Shown here: positions 17,459 through 27,912 of the stretch, in pieces | How positions within the stretch are numbered: position 1 is the stretch's first letter | Layout: the number at the start of each line of letters is the position of its first letter | From: Myxococcales bacterium | GTDB taxonomy: Bacteria; Desulfobacterota; Binatia; HRBIN30 | NCBI GenBank assembly: GCA_037445065.1 | Contig: JBBILD010000015.1 | Location: forward strand, 1 to 64,000 | Length of the DNA: 64,000 bases | Direction: 5' to 3' | Made by a program: the position numbers and the translations under genes | Notes under the pieces: generated by a model | Told to the model about the DNA's origin: nothing | Seen by the model: the letters and a program-made list of their open reading frames with translations, nothing else | Databases searched by the model: none

Positions 17459-19894
17459 ATGCAGAGGAAAAGCCGGATGCGGATCTGGAGAGAGTATGTA
17501 TGGACCAGTATTGCGCTGCTGCTGGGAGCGGCGGCTTTTGCGAGCACAGCGCAGGAACCGATTGCTGAAACAGAGGCGGTCGGCACGGACTCGGTGCCGG
17601 TGCGCCAGGAGTCGCGTCAGCGGCGCTCAGCGCCACGGCGCCTAGAGTTGGGGGAGGTTCTGGTCGAAGCGCGCAAGCCGCTGAGTTCGGCCTCGTCGGA
17701 GGAAATCCGAGCACGGGATTTCACCATGCGCCCGCACGGGACGTTACAAGAGATCCTAAACAACGTGCCCGGGCTTGTCGTGGCTCAGCACCAGGGTGGT
17801 GGAAAAGCTCCGCAGTGGCTGGTGCGCGGGTTCGATGGGGACCACGGCAGCGACTTCGCGGTGTTTGTAGATGACATGCCCGTGAACCTCGTCTCCCACG
17901 CCCATGGTCAGGGATACGCGGATGTCAATTTTGTCATCCCAGAGACCATCCAACGCTTGCAGTTGTTCAAGGGACCGTATTTCCCGGAATTCGGAGATTT
18001 CGCCAACGCGGGCGCGCTGAAGATCGTGCTCAAAGACGACTTCCCCGAGCCCTTTGCGCTCGCGGAGGGAGGCTCGTTTTCGACGCAGAGGTACGTTCTC
18101 GGTGCGTCACCGCGGCTGGGGCTCTGGACGTCCCTGCTCGCCGCGCAGGCGTACTTTTCCAATGGCCCGTTCCGCGACCCGCAAAACTACGCCCGGTACA
18201 ATGTCTTGGCCAAGGTGGTGCGGAACTGGGACGGAGGCACACGCCTCAGCCTCGCCGGCGGGGTGTATCAGGGCGATTGGGACGCTTCAGGACAAATCCC
18301 GCTGCGCGCCGTGCAGCGCGGTGCGATCGCCTTGCTGCCTGTAGAATTGGTGCCGCGCCCGCCGCAGCGGCCGTTTGACCGCTGGGACGCGATTGACCCG
18401 AGCGAAGGTGGGCGCACGGACCGCGAGTGGCTGCAGCTCCGTTGGGAAGCCATCCCTTCGCCAGAGCAACAGTGGTACGCGACTGCCTGGGCGCAACGCT
18501 ACAAGCTGGCGTTGTTCTCGAACTTCACCTTTTTCAAAGAAACCGGCTTGCGCTTCGTCGCGCGTGGACGCGAAGTAGCGGACGTTGCCGGGGCGGCCTT
18601 CGACCCACTTGCGGCCTACCTGCCAGGCGACGGAATCGAACAGAATGACAGCCGTGTGCTGTACGGTGGGAAACTGCAGTATACGCGGTACGGATTCTTG
18701 CCGACGTCCGCTTTGGCTGCAGTCGAGGATGTGCCAGTGCGGACACGGGTGGCCGTGGAGACCAGGCACGACCACATCCGCTTACAGTTGCATCGGCAAG
18801 TGCGCCGCCATCGTTTCTTCCCGGTCAACGCCGTAGCGGTGGAGGAGCGCTCGCTGTCTGGGTTTGCAGACCAGCAGTGGTTCGTTGGCAAATGGGCCCG
18901 TCTCGAGGCCGGCCTGCGCGGAGACGTGTTCTTTTTCGACGTGCGCGACCGCTTGCCAGCGGGTGTGGGGATTCTTGACCCTCTTACCCAAGCTTGCATC
19001 GGGCAGACCGACCCGAACTTTTGTGCCGTGCCGATCCGCGGCAACACTGTGGACTCGATCGTGAGCCCCAAAGCCAACCTGATCTTGAGCCCCTTCGACT
19101 CTACGGAGGTGTACCTCAACTTCGGCACCGGTTTTCATTCGAACGACGCTCGGAACGCGATTCTGGCGGAAAACTTCCCGCAACTCGCTGGCAACCTGCA
19201 GTCGCCGCTGACCCGCTCCCTGGGCTACGAAATCGGTGCTCGCACTCGCCAGTTCGAAACGCTCGACTTGGGTGCGGCCCTGTGGTTGCTGGATTTGGAT
19301 AGCGAACTCGTGTTCGTCGGCGACGCTGGCAACCAGCAGACCGGGGCAGGTGGTAGCTTCGAGCCTTCCGCTGCTACGAGGCGCTGGGGTGTAGACTTCG
19401 AAGCACGCTGGGCAGCGCGCGACTGGCTGTTCCTGGATTACGACCTCAGCTACGCCGATCCGCGCTTTCGTGCCAGTGGCGAGGCCATTCCGCTCGCCCC
19501 CACCTTGCTGATGAACGGTGGCGTGACCGTGGAGCCGCTAGCAGGCTTCGCTGCTGCCTTGCGCGTGCGCTACTTGGGCGATCGCCCCGCAATTGAGGAC
19601 CGCAGCCTCACCGCACGCGGGTACACGCTTCTCGACTTCCTCGCCCGCTACCGGTGGCGTAACGTCGAGGCGTCCGTCGCCTTCCTCAACTTGCTCGACC
19701 GCGATTGGCGCGAGGCCCAATTTGCGGACACCTCCTGCCTCATTGGCGAACTCCAAGACCCCGACCGCAACCCAGGCACTCCGTGCTCGACTCGCCCCGG
19801 GCTTCAGGGTACACGCGACGACCCGCCCCCAGACATCCACTTCACGCCTGGCAATCCGTTCAATGTGCGCGGTGGAATCACCGTGTACTTTTGA
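17459..19894 (+). CDS. TonB-dependent outer membrane receptor, probably for a metal
   Basis: Signal peptide; plug VPGLVVAQHQGGGKA.Q..VRGFDGDHG, SHAHGQGYAD.NF, KGPY; C-terminal FTPG.PF..RGGITVYF. Confidence 0.95.
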   Translation: MQRKSRMRIWREYVWTSIALLLGAAAFASTAQEPIAETEAVGTDSVPVRQESRQRRSAPRRLELGEVLVEARKPLSSASSEEIRARDFTMRPHGTLQEILNNVPGLVVAQHQGGGKAPQWLVRGFDGDHGSDFAVFVDDMPVNLVSHAHGQGYADVNFVIPETIQRLQLFKGPYFPEFGDFANAGALKIVLKDDFPEPFALAEGGSFSTQRYVLGASPRLGLWTSLLAAQAYFSNGPFRDPQNYARYNVLAKVVRNWDGGTRLSLAGGVYQGDWDASGQIPLRAVQRGAIALLPVELVPRPPQRPFDRWDAIDPSEGGRTDREWLQLRWEAIPSPEQQWYATAWAQRYKLALFSNFTFFKETGLRFVARGREVADVAGAAFDPLAAYLPGDGIEQNDSRVLYGGKLQYTRYGFLPTSALAAVEDVPVRTRVAVETRHDHIRLQLHRQVRRHRFFPVNAVAVEERSLSGFADQQWFVGKWARLEAGLRGDVFFFDVRDRLPAGVGILDPLTQACIGQTDPNFCAVPIRGNTVDSIVSPKANLILSPFDSTEVYLNFGTGFHSNDARNAILAENFPQLAGNLQSPLTRSLGYEIGARTRQFETLDLGAALWLLDLDSELVFVGDAGNQQTGAGGSFEPSAATRRWGVDFEARWAARDWLFLDYDLSYADPRFRASGEAIPLAPTLLMNGGVTVEPLAGFAAALRVRYLGDRPAIEDRSLTARGYTLLDFLARYRWRNVEASVAFLNLLDRDWREAQFADTSCLIGELQDPDRNPGTPCSTRPGLQGTRDDPPPDIHFTPGNPFNVRGGITVYF

Positions 19895-20360
19895 AGTGCC
19901 TGGTTTGCCTCTCCTGAGACGCAGCCGAGCATCGCACCGTGAAAGTGCGGAGCAGCGAGCGATGCGCGGCTAAGGGCACGTGGGACCGAGTACATCGTGC
20001 GAGCGACCCTAGTGATCGCCGCGGGACGAGTCCCATCCGTGAATTGCAAACCACGAACGATATGCCGGGCCCGGCGCGTGGCTGCCGTCGCCCGCGCCGC
20101 AAAGCGGCAACCCGCTGGCTCTCTCGCTCGCGCACCATCACCGTGCTGCCGGACGTGCGTGCGATTCCCGCCCCGGAAAGCGCCGAACGCCTTGCGCCCG
20201 AGAGTCTGCTGTTGCTGCGCAGCGCCTACTGCGGAACTACCTTCTTTGGACACCCACGCTGTGGTCGTCACCGTCGGTGCGAGGATACCCGGCTTGCCGT
20301 GGCTGGTCCGGTTTCATGGGACATTTGCTGCCAGGGGCCGCAACACCGCGCCCCAGTGAG

Positions 20361-20388
20361 CGTAGGGGCGGCCTTTGTGGCCGCCTCT
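20361..20388. repeat. REP-like palindrome (GTAG type)
   Basis: CGTAGGGGCGGCC-TTTGT-GGCCGCCTCT; degenerate relative at ~5436-5458. Confidence 0.65.
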
Positions 20389-20758
20389 GGTTTTGCTGTT
20401 ACGTCGTTTCGATCGAGCATGCGGTGATACTGGCGCTGCCGTAGCTAGGGGATTGTGGTCCCGCCACCACGCTCTCGCGTCACATCCATGTTGTGGAGGT
20501 CCCGTGGGCACCTCGTGTTTGGCGCCTGCGGGGAGCATGCGGGCCGCGCGCCGACGTTCCTGGCTGAAACGCCTACCATAGCAACCCTGGGTTGCTCCGA
20601 TCGTGTGTGTGGAAACCGCGTTGGTGGAGGAGGACGGGCGGCCGGCGGTGCAGTCTTGAGAACTCCAGCGGAAACTGAAGGTACAGCTCGCTTTCTCGAC
20701 CAGTACTTTCCTTGTGCATTGCTAGCCAGCCCTGCCCTCTGTTAGCGCTTCTTCGACC

Positions 20759-22231
20759 ATGAGCGACACACAAAACGCGCCCGTGCCGCGATTGTTAGGG
20801 ACGAGCCCCATTGAGTTCTTCTCGCGCCACTTCGGGCTCGAGGAGCCGGTCTTGATCCAAGGTCTGGGCACTGCGCTTGCGCGGAAGGCAGATTACGCGG
20901 ACCTGTATTTCGAATTTCGCGCCGTCGAGGCCATGAGCCTCGAAGACGGGGCAGTCAAATCGGCATCTCGGCACGTAACGCACGGAGTTGGCGCGCGGGT
21001 CATAGCCGGCGAAAAAACCGGATACGCTTATTCCGACGACGTGAGCATCGAGAGTCTACAGTTGACTGCTCGCACGGCGCGCGCCATCGCCCAAGAGGGT
21101 GGTGCGGCACCCACGCTCGCGGTGCACGTGCCGCCCCTAACACACGATCTCTACCCGGTGGCCCATCCGCCGATCGAAATCGAGGCCGAGCGCAAGGCCC
21201 GCTTGCTCGAAGAGATCGATACCGAAGCGCGCCGTTTCGACCCTCGCATCCGCAACGTTATCGCCAGCATTGCAGTGGAGCACAAGCTGGTGCTGATTTT
21301 CACGGCCGAAGGGCGGCTGGTCGGCGATGTGCAGCCGCTGGTGCGCCTGCAGGTGACTTGTATTGCTGAGGAGCAGGGTAACCGCCAGCAAGGCAGTTAT
21401 GGCGGGGGCGGACGGGTCGGCTTCGAGTTTCTGTTGGAAGACCAACGCTACCTGCGTTTTACGCGCAAAGCTGCCGAACAAGCCGTCCGGAACCTGTCTG
21501 CCGCAGAGGCCCCGGCGGGTGAGATGACCGTCGTGCTGGGTCCTGGCTGGCCAGGCATTTTGTTGCACGAGGCCATTGGCCACGGGCTCGAGGGCGACTT
21601 TAACCGCAAGCAGGTCTCTGCGTTTTCCGGACTTCTCGGACAGCAGGTTGCTTCACCGCTGTGTACGGTCGTTGACGACGGTACACTGCCGTTTCGCCGC
21701 GGCTCGCTAAATGTAGACGACGAGGGCACGCCAACTGGCCGCACCGTTGTGATCGAGAAAGGCATCCTGTGCAGTTATTTGCAGGACCGGCTCAATGCCC
21801 GCCTCATGCGCATGCCGCTTACCGGCAATGGACGGCGAGAATCGTTCGCTCACATCCCCTTGCCGCGCATGACCAACACCTTCCTGCTGCCCGGAGAAGA
21901 CGATCCCGACGAGATCATCCATTCGGTCGACCGCGGCCTTTACGCCGTGTACTTTGGCGGTGGGCAGGTGGATATCACCAGTGGCAAATTCGTCTTTTCC
22001 GCCAGCGAGGCGTACTTGATCGAAGGAGGCAAGATCACCCGCCCAGTGCGCGGAGCCACCTTGATCGGCCACGGTCCCGAGGTGCTGAAGCGCATTTCCC
22101 GCGTGGGGCACGACCTGCAGCTCGACGAAGGCATCGGCACCTGCGGGAAGGAAGGCCAGTCGGTCCCGGTGGGCGTGGGTCTGCCCACGGTACGGATTGA
22201 CGGCCTGACCGTGGGAGGCACGCGCGTATGA
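20759..22231 (+). CDS. tldD: Metalloprotease TldD
   Basis: GPGWPGILLHEAIGHGLEGDFNRK, DDEGTP, TGNGRRES, PRMTNT, GTCGKEGQSVPVGVG.PT. Confidence 0.97.
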   Translation: MSDTQNAPVPRLLGTSPIEFFSRHFGLEEPVLIQGLGTALARKADYADLYFEFRAVEAMSLEDGAVKSASRHVTHGVGARVIAGEKTGYAYSDDVSIESLQLTARTARAIAQEGGAAPTLAVHVPPLTHDLYPVAHPPIEIEAERKARLLEEIDTEARRFDPRIRNVIASIAVEHKLVLIFTAEGRLVGDVQPLVRLQVTCIAEEQGNRQQGSYGGGGRVGFEFLLEDQRYLRFTRKAAEQAVRNLSAAEAPAGEMTVVLGPGWPGILLHEAIGHGLEGDFNRKQVSAFSGLLGQQVASPLCTVVDDGTLPFRRGSLNVDDEGTPTGRTVVIEKGILCSYLQDRLNARLMRMPLTGNGRRESFAHIPLPRMTNTFLLPGEDDPDEIIHSVDRGLYAVYFGGGQVDITSGKFVFSASEAYLIEGGKITRPVRGATLIGHGPEVLKRISRVGHDLQLDEGIGTCGKEGQSVPVGVGLPTVRIDGLTVGGTRV

Positions 22232-23595
22232 ACGGCAGAGCGGGAAGCACACCAGCGTTGGCCGATGTGGCGGAGCGTTTGCTCACCTCCGCTCGGCGCT
22301 GCGGGGCGACCGACGCGGACGTCGTGGTCGTGGAGGGTTCGCAGCTTGAAGTGGCCGTGCGCCAGGGAAACGCCGAGAGAGTGAAACAGGCGCGGCAGAA
22401 GCACGTGGGCTTGCGCGTCTTTGTTGGTCGGCGCAGCGCCGTTGGCTCGAGCGCCGATTTTACTGCGGACCAACTGGAGGAACTCGCCGACCGTACGGTT
22501 CAGCTCGCCCGTACGTGTGCGGAGGACGAAGCAGCCGGCTTGCCCGCCCCGCACGTACTTGCTCGCGAGGTGCCCGACCTGGCACTGTTCGATCCGGGGC
22601 TGCTCGAGGTAGACGCAAGCCGCGCTCTAGAATGGGCAGGGCGCGCGGAACGAGCCGCTCTTCAAGCTGATCCACGCGTTCGCAACTCCGAAGGGGGGGA
22701 GTGCTCGATCCACACTGGGGAAGTGTACTATGCCTCTACTGCCGGTTTCGCTGGCGGGTACCGTGACTCGAGTGTGTCGCTGGTGGTCATCCCGGTAGCT
22801 GAGCAAGATGGCGCCATGGAGCGCGACTTCTGGTACGCTGCCAGCCGCCACCTGACCGACCTTCCGGCGCCAGAGGAAATCGGAGCCAAGGCGGCAGCGC
22901 GCGCTGTGCGCCGGCTCGGCGCGCGGCGCGTAGCCACTTGCGAAGTTCCCGTGGTATTGGACCCGGAGACCGCCTCGAGCCTTCTTCGTCACTTGGCGAG
23001 CGCGGTATCCGGATCTGCGATTTACCGGGGTATGTCCTTTCTGGCGGGGCGGCTGGGCGAACGCATTGCTCCCTCGTTTGTGCGCGTGACCGATCATGGC
23101 CGCCTGCCGCGTGCGCTCGGGTCAAAACCGTTCGACGCCGAAGGCCTGCCGACCCGCCGTACGGCGGTGGTAGAGGAGGGTGTGCTGCGATCGTACTTGC
23201 TCGATTCGTACTCGGCCCGCCGCTTGGGACTCGAGAGCACCGGGAACGCGAGCCGCTCTGCCGCCACGGCTCCCGCACCCGCGCCCACGAACTTCTTTCT
23301 CGAGCCTGGGGAACTGTCACCCGAACAGATTATCGGCTCGCTGACGCGCGGCTTTTATGTGACCGAACTCATTGGATTTGGTGTCAACCTCACCTCCGGT
23401 GATTACTCGCGCGGCGCGGTCGGCTTTTGGATCGAGAGGGGGGAACTGGCCTACCCGGTGCACGAGGTGACCATCGCGGGTCGCTTGCAAGAAATGTTGC
23501 TTGCCATCGAAGCGGTGGGCAATGACCTGGAGTTCCGCCGCTCGGTGGTTGCGCCCACACTTTTGATCGGCAAGATGACTGTGGCAGGAACTTGA
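22228..23595 (+). CDS. pmbA: TldE/PmbA family protein
   Basis: PFDAEG.PT, STGNASR, GVNLTSGDYSRGA.GFWIE.G, EVTIAG; ATGA overlap with tldD. Confidence 0.95.
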   Translation: MNGRAGSTPALADVAERLLTSARRCGATDADVVVVEGSQLEVAVRQGNAERVKQARQKHVGLRVFVGRRSAVGSSADFTADQLEELADRTVQLARTCAEDEAAGLPAPHVLAREVPDLALFDPGLLEVDASRALEWAGRAERAALQADPRVRNSEGGECSIHTGEVYYASTAGFAGGYRDSSVSLVVIPVAEQDGAMERDFWYAASRHLTDLPAPEEIGAKAAARAVRRLGARRVATCEVPVVLDPETASSLLRHLASAVSGSAIYRGMSFLAGRLGERIAPSFVRVTDHGRLPRALGSKPFDAEGLPTRRTAVVEEGVLRSYLLDSYSARRLGLESTGNASRSAATAPAPAPTNFFLEPGELSPEQIIGSLTRGFYVTELIGFGVNLTSGDYSRGAVGFWIERGELAYPVHEVTIAGRLQEMLLAIEAVGNDLEFRRSVVAPTLLIGKMTVAGT

Positions 23596-23646
23596 GCGGA
23601 GAGCCGCAGGGTGCAGCGCGCACGCCGCGTTCGGGTTGTTGGGTGG

Positions 23647-24291
23647 ATGCGTCGGGTCGGGCTAGCGGGTGGGCTAGTTGGCATGAGTTTGGTGGGCGGT
23701 TGCGGTTGGTTTGCTTCCCGCACGGGAATCGAAGCGCGTCTTGGCGCACGGGAAGAGGGGATCGCCTCGTGGTACGGGCCAGGGTTCCATGGCCGCTTGA
23801 CGGCCGCCGGCGAGGTGTTCGACCAATTCGAACTCACCGCCGCGCACCCCTCGCTGCCGCTTGGCACGCGTGTGCTGGTCACCAACTTGCAAAACGGGCG
23901 CTCCGTGGAAGTTCGCATCAACGACCGCGGTCCATTCGCACGCGACCGCGTGATTGACCTTTCCTACGCTGCCGCCCGCGCCCTCGGCATGATCGGCCCG
24001 GGTACAGTGCCTGTCCGCCTCGAAGTGGTGGGTTGGAGCGCGGCGCGCAGCTCTGGGGGGCGCTACGTGCTGCAACTCGGCACCTTTCGTGACCGGCGTG
24101 AAGCCGAGCGCCTCGTGCGAGAACTCTCTCACCTCTCTGCCCGCGGCTACGTCGTTCCCATGCGCGTCGGCAATACGACGTATTACCGCGTGCGCGTGGC
24201 CGTGGCTGGCAACCACGCCACCGCCCGCCGCCAGGCCCAAGCCTTGGCCCGGAAGGGAGTTGCGCCGGTGGTTCTGGTGGAGCGGGAATGA
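23647..24291 (+). CDS. rlpA: Septal ring lytic transglycosylase RlpA-family lipoprotein with SPOR domain
   Basis: Lipobox [49 protein letters not shown]-like YVLQLGTF...YYRVRV. Confidence 0.92.
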   Translation: MRRVGLAGGLVGMSLVGGCGWFASRTGIEARLGAREEGIASWYGPGFHGRLTAAGEVFDQFELTAAHPSLPLGTRVLVTNLQNGRSVEVRINDRGPFARDRVIDLSYAAARALGMIGPGTVPVRLEVVGWSAARSSGGRYVLQLGTFRDRREAERLVRELSHLSARGYVVPMRVGNTTYYRVRVAVAGNHATARRQAQALARKGVAPVVLVERE

Positions 24292-24929
24292 CCGTACGCG
24301 AGGCACGCTCCAACGTTTCTCGAGCGGTCCTCTTGGAAGCCGCCATCCTCCTGGCGGTGACCCTGAGCGTTGCCCTCTCCCTGCGCTTCTCTGCTGCCTG
24401 GCTCCTGGTTCCCTTGGCCTGGCTCGTCTGGTGTCGCCGCAATTTAGAGGAGTTCGGCCTCAAAACGAGCGGGTTCGGTTCGGTGCGCTTCCACCTGTTT
24501 CAATTTACCGGAGTTTTCGCTCCCTACCTCCTTGGGCACTTCGCGTATGGCCGCCTTTGGCAAGGGAGGGTGTTTACCCTCGCGTTCCCGGCAGAGTTCC
24601 TGGCGCAAATTCCGGAACAAATCCTGGGCATCGGTCTCGCTGAGGAGTTTTTCTTCCGCGCCTACTTGCAGACGCAGCTCGATCGCTTCTTCGGTCATCG
24701 TTGGTCGCTGCTAGGCGCTCGCCTGGGCTACGGCTGGCTGGCGAGCGCCACAATCTTTGCGCTCTGCCACATTTTTTACGGCGGGCCGGCCCGGTTGGTC
24801 ACCTTTTTCCCAGCCTTGTGGTACGGGTGGTTATGGGCTCGCACCGGAAATGTGTTCGTCCCCGCTTTCTACCACGGCACCAGTAACCTTCTTATGATGA
24901 TCATGTTGACGAGCTTCCGTCCGACGTGA
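24288..24929 (+). CDS. CPBP glutamic-type intramembrane protease, myxosortase-like
   Basis: Multi-[40 protein letters not shown]. Confidence 0.85.
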   Translation: MTVREARSNVSRAVLLEAAILLAVTLSVALSLRFSAAWLLVPLAWLVWCRRNLEEFGLKTSGFGSVRFHLFQFTGVFAPYLLGHFAYGRLWQGRVFTLAFPAEFLAQIPEQILGIGLAEEFFFRAYLQTQLDRFFGHRWSLLGARLGYGWLASATIFALCHIFYGGPARLVTFFPALWYGWLWARTGNVFVPAFYHGTSNLLMMIMLTSFRPT

Positions 24930-25152
24930 AACTTGTGACGCTCGGTGCCGCGCTGCGGCACTTTGCCTGCTTTTGGCACGTTGCGGGACGTATTTCGGCA
25001 CCGGGCGTTGCAAAAGTGGCACGCGGCGAAGACGTTCTTTGCGCAAACGGCAACGCACCCGGCGAAGCCTCCGAATTGCCATATCGCTTACCTTCTTCGC
25101 TCTCTGGCCCAGCCCTTGCAGAGCGTTAGCGTCGCTGCCCAGGAGTCGAACG

Positions 25153-26271
25153 ATGCCGATGGACATCACCCAGCTTTTGACCTTTGCTCATCGAGAGGGA
25201 GCTTCGGACGTGCATCTGTCTTCCGGCGAGCCCCCCATGGTGCGGCTGCACGGAGACATGAAACGCATCGAGCACCCGCCGCTCACAGCCGAGGAAGTCC
25301 ATGCCATGGTGTTCGACATCATGACGGACTCCATCCGCAAGCAATTCCAGGAAACCAACGACGTGGACTTTTCGTTCGAGCTGGGGGACGTGGCCCGCTT
25401 CCGGGTCAACGTGTTCCGGACTCGCAAGGGCGAGGCGGCCGTGTTCCGCACCATCCCGACCAAAGTGATGACCATTGACGAACTCGGCCTGCCGCCCGTG
25501 ATCAAGGAAATCTGCCAAAAGGAAAAAGGCCTGGTGCTGGTCACCGGCCCTACTGGTTCGGGGAAGTCCACCACGCTGGCGGCCATGATTGATTACATCA
25601 ACGAGACCTACGAGGGTCACATCCTTACCATCGAGGACCCGATCGAGTTTGTGCACAAGTCCAAAAAGTGCCTGGTCAACCAGCGTGAGGTGGGTCCGCA
25701 TACGATGTCTTTCAACGCCGCCTTGCGTGGAGCCTTGCGCGAAGACCCAGACGTGATCCTGGTGGGCGAGATGCGTGACCTCGAGACGATCTCTCTGGCT
25801 TTGACGGCAGCGGAGACCGGTCACCTGGTGTTTGCCACCGTGCACACCTCGAGCGCACCGAAAACCGTGGACCGCATCATTGACGTCTTTCCCGCTGCCC
25901 AGCAAGGGCAGATTCGCGCCATGTTCGCCGAATCGATTCAAGCGATTATTACCCAAACGCTCGTGAAGAAGCGGGCCGGGGGGCGCATCGCCGCGCTCGA
26001 AATTCTCATTGGCACGCCCGCGGTACGCAACTTGATTCGCGAAAACAAGATCCACCAGTTGCCCTCGGTGCTGCAAACGGGTCAGGCTTGGGGCATGCAG
26101 ACGCTGGATATGGCCTTGCTCGACTTGGTGGCGCGCGGGCTGGTGACCAAAGAAGAGGCGCAGTCGCGCACCCTCACGCCGAATCTCTTCGGTCCGGACA
26201 CGGTAGGCAAGGGCGACGGCCGGCCCTCGCCGAGTACGCTGCGCACGTCACGTCCGTTCGGAGCGCGGTGA
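25153..26271 (+). CDS. pilT: Type IV pilus retraction ATPase PilT
   Basis: MDITQLL, GPTGSGKSTT, TIEDPIEFVH, ALREDPD, VRNLIRENK, GMQTLD. Confidence 0.96.
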   Translation: MPMDITQLLTFAHREGASDVHLSSGEPPMVRLHGDMKRIEHPPLTAEEVHAMVFDIMTDSIRKQFQETNDVDFSFELGDVARFRVNVFRTRKGEAAVFRTIPTKVMTIDELGLPPVIKEICQKEKGLVLVTGPTGSGKSTTLAAMIDYINETYEGHILTIEDPIEFVHKSKKCLVNQREVGPHTMSFNAALRGALREDPDVILVGEMRDLETISLALTAAETGHLVFATVHTSSAPKTVDRIIDVFPAAQQGQIRAMFAESIQAIITQTLVKKRAGGRIAALEILIGTPAVRNLIRENKIHQLPSVLQTGQAWGMQTLDMALLDLVARGLVTKEEAQSRTLTPNLFGPDTVGKGDGRPSPSTLRTSRPFGAR

Positions 26272-26299
26272 AGGGAGCCCAGCGGGAGGAAGCGAGCCC

Positions 26300-27463
26300 A
26301 TGCCGGATATCCGCGAATTGCTGAGCGAGATGGTCGAGCGGAACGCTTCCGACCTTTATCTCACCGTGGACAGCCCTCCCATGTTTCGAGCGGAGGGGGT
26401 AAACCAGCCCTACGGCAACACCCCGCTCAGCGCGCGCGAAGTGGAGTTGTTGGCCCAAGCGCTCATGACCGATCGTCAGCGCGCCCAGTTCGATGAGAAA
26501 CTGGAAATGAATCTGGCCATTGCCTCCGAGCGCTTGGGGCGCTTTCGGGTCAACCTTTACCGCCAGCGCGGTGCGATCGGCGTGGTGATCCGGCAAATCA
26601 AAACCCGCATCCCCACGCTCGATGAACTCGGTCTCCCGCCGGTGCTCAAGGCAATCGCGCTCAGCAGGCGCGGCTTGGTGTTGGTCACCGGCGCCACAGG
26701 CTCGGGAAAGTCCACCACCCTGGCCGCCATGATTGACTACCGGAACGAGAACTCCACCGGCCATATCCTGACGATCGAAGACCCAATCGAGTTCATCCAC
26801 AGCCATAAGAAGTGCATTGTGAGCCAGCGCGAGGTCGGCTTCGACACCGTTTCCTTTAACGAGGCGCTACGCAACACCCTGCGGCAAGCACCGGACGTGA
26901 TCTTGATCGGCGAGGTGCGCGATCAGGAAACCATGGAGGCGGCGATCACGTTCTCCGAGACCGGCCACTTGTGCCTTGCCACCTTGCACTCCAACAACGC
27001 GAACCAGGCGATCGAGCGGGTCATGAACTTCTTTCCTGCTTCCCGCCATCCGGAGATCTTCTTACAGTTGTCGCTCAACCTGCGCGGCATCATCTCGCAG
27101 CGGTTGGTACCGGGGGTGGATGGCAAGCGCGTGGCGGCGCTCGAGATCCTGATTGACACTCCTTACGTGAAGGAACTCATCAAACGCGGTGAGATTGACA
27201 AGCTCAAGGAAGCGATGGAGGCCAGCACGCAGGAGGGGGGGCAGACGTTCGACCAAGCCCTGTACGATCTATACGCTGCCGGCCGCATCAGTGAGGAGCA
27301 GGCGCTTGCCAACGCCGATAGCGCCAACAACTTGCGCATTCGCATCAAGCAGTTGGAGATTGCGCGCCGCCACCCCGTGCAGCGCAAGACCGCTACCTTC
27401 GCGGATACCTCGGGGATCCGCATCGAAGGCATGCCACCAGGTGCTCCGGTGCGGAAATGGTGA
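26300..27463 (+). CDS. pilU: Type IV pilus ATPase PilU
   Basis: GATGSGKSTT, LRQAPDVI, LHSNNANQAIER, LSLNLRG, ADSANNLR; follows pilT. Confidence 0.93.
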   Translation: MPDIRELLSEMVERNASDLYLTVDSPPMFRAEGVNQPYGNTPLSAREVELLAQALMTDRQRAQFDEKLEMNLAIASERLGRFRVNLYRQRGAIGVVIRQIKTRIPTLDELGLPPVLKAIALSRRGLVLVTGATGSGKSTTLAAMIDYRNENSTGHILTIEDPIEFIHSHKKCIVSQREVGFDTVSFNEALRNTLRQAPDVILIGEVRDQETMEAAITFSETGHLCLATLHSNNANQAIERVMNFFPASRHPEIFLQLSLNLRGIISQRLVPGVDGKRVAALEILIDTPYVKELIKRGEIDKLKEAMEASTQEGGQTFDQALYDLYAAGRISEEQALANADSANNLRIRIKQLEIARRHPVQRKTATFADTSGIRIEGMPPGAPVRKW

Positions 27464-27489
27464 CGCGTTCGACAAACTAAGAAGGGGGG

Positions 27490-27560
27490 CCACCGCCCGC
27501 GCCAAGGCGGTGGGTGGGCCGGGAAGAGAGCCTCTGGATCGAAGGAGCGGCGAGGCTCTC
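27490..27560. terminator. Two hairpins between convergent pilU and cutA
   Basis: CCACCGCC/GGCGGTGG (27490-27513) and GAGAGCCTC/GAGGCTCTC (27526-27560); no clear U-tract. Confidence 0.45.
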
Positions 27561-27579
27561 TCCCGGGCCACTCGAAGGT

Positions 27580-27912
27580 TCATCGAGCGTTACGCCCGAG
27601 CACTTGCAAGACCCAAGCGAGATATGGCGGTGAACCTTCTTGTACGGGAAGCGCGAGGACCTCGGGAACTTGATACGAGTGGTGATGCTCGACAAAGTCG
27701 CGCAGCGCTGCGAAGTGGGCGCGGCTGGTTTTGGCAATCAGCAGCCACTCCTCGGAGCGTTCCGTTTTTCCTTCCCATTCGTAAATCGAACGAATGGGTC
27801 CGGCCACGTTCACGCAGGCGGCAAGCCGCTGCTCGACAAGCTGGGAAGCGAGCCGTTCCGCTTCCTCGCGGTTGGGTGCGGTCACCAACACCACAACGAC
27901 CTCTGCGCTCAT
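27580..27912 (-). CDS. cutA: Divalent-cation tolerance protein CutA
   Basis: LVEQRLAACVN, SIYEWEGK, HHSYQVPE, YLAW. Confidence 0.95.
   Translation of the reverse strand: MSAEVVVVLVTAPNREEAERLASQLVEQRLAACVNVAGPIRSIYEWEGKTERSEEWLLIAKTSRAHFAALRDFVEHHHSYQVPEVLALPVQEGSPPYLAWVLQVLGRNAR

Noticed and set aside
20759..23595. tldD/tldE as part of a RiPP cluster
   Set aside because: No precursor peptide or YcaO/radical SAM genes adjacent; context is housekeeping
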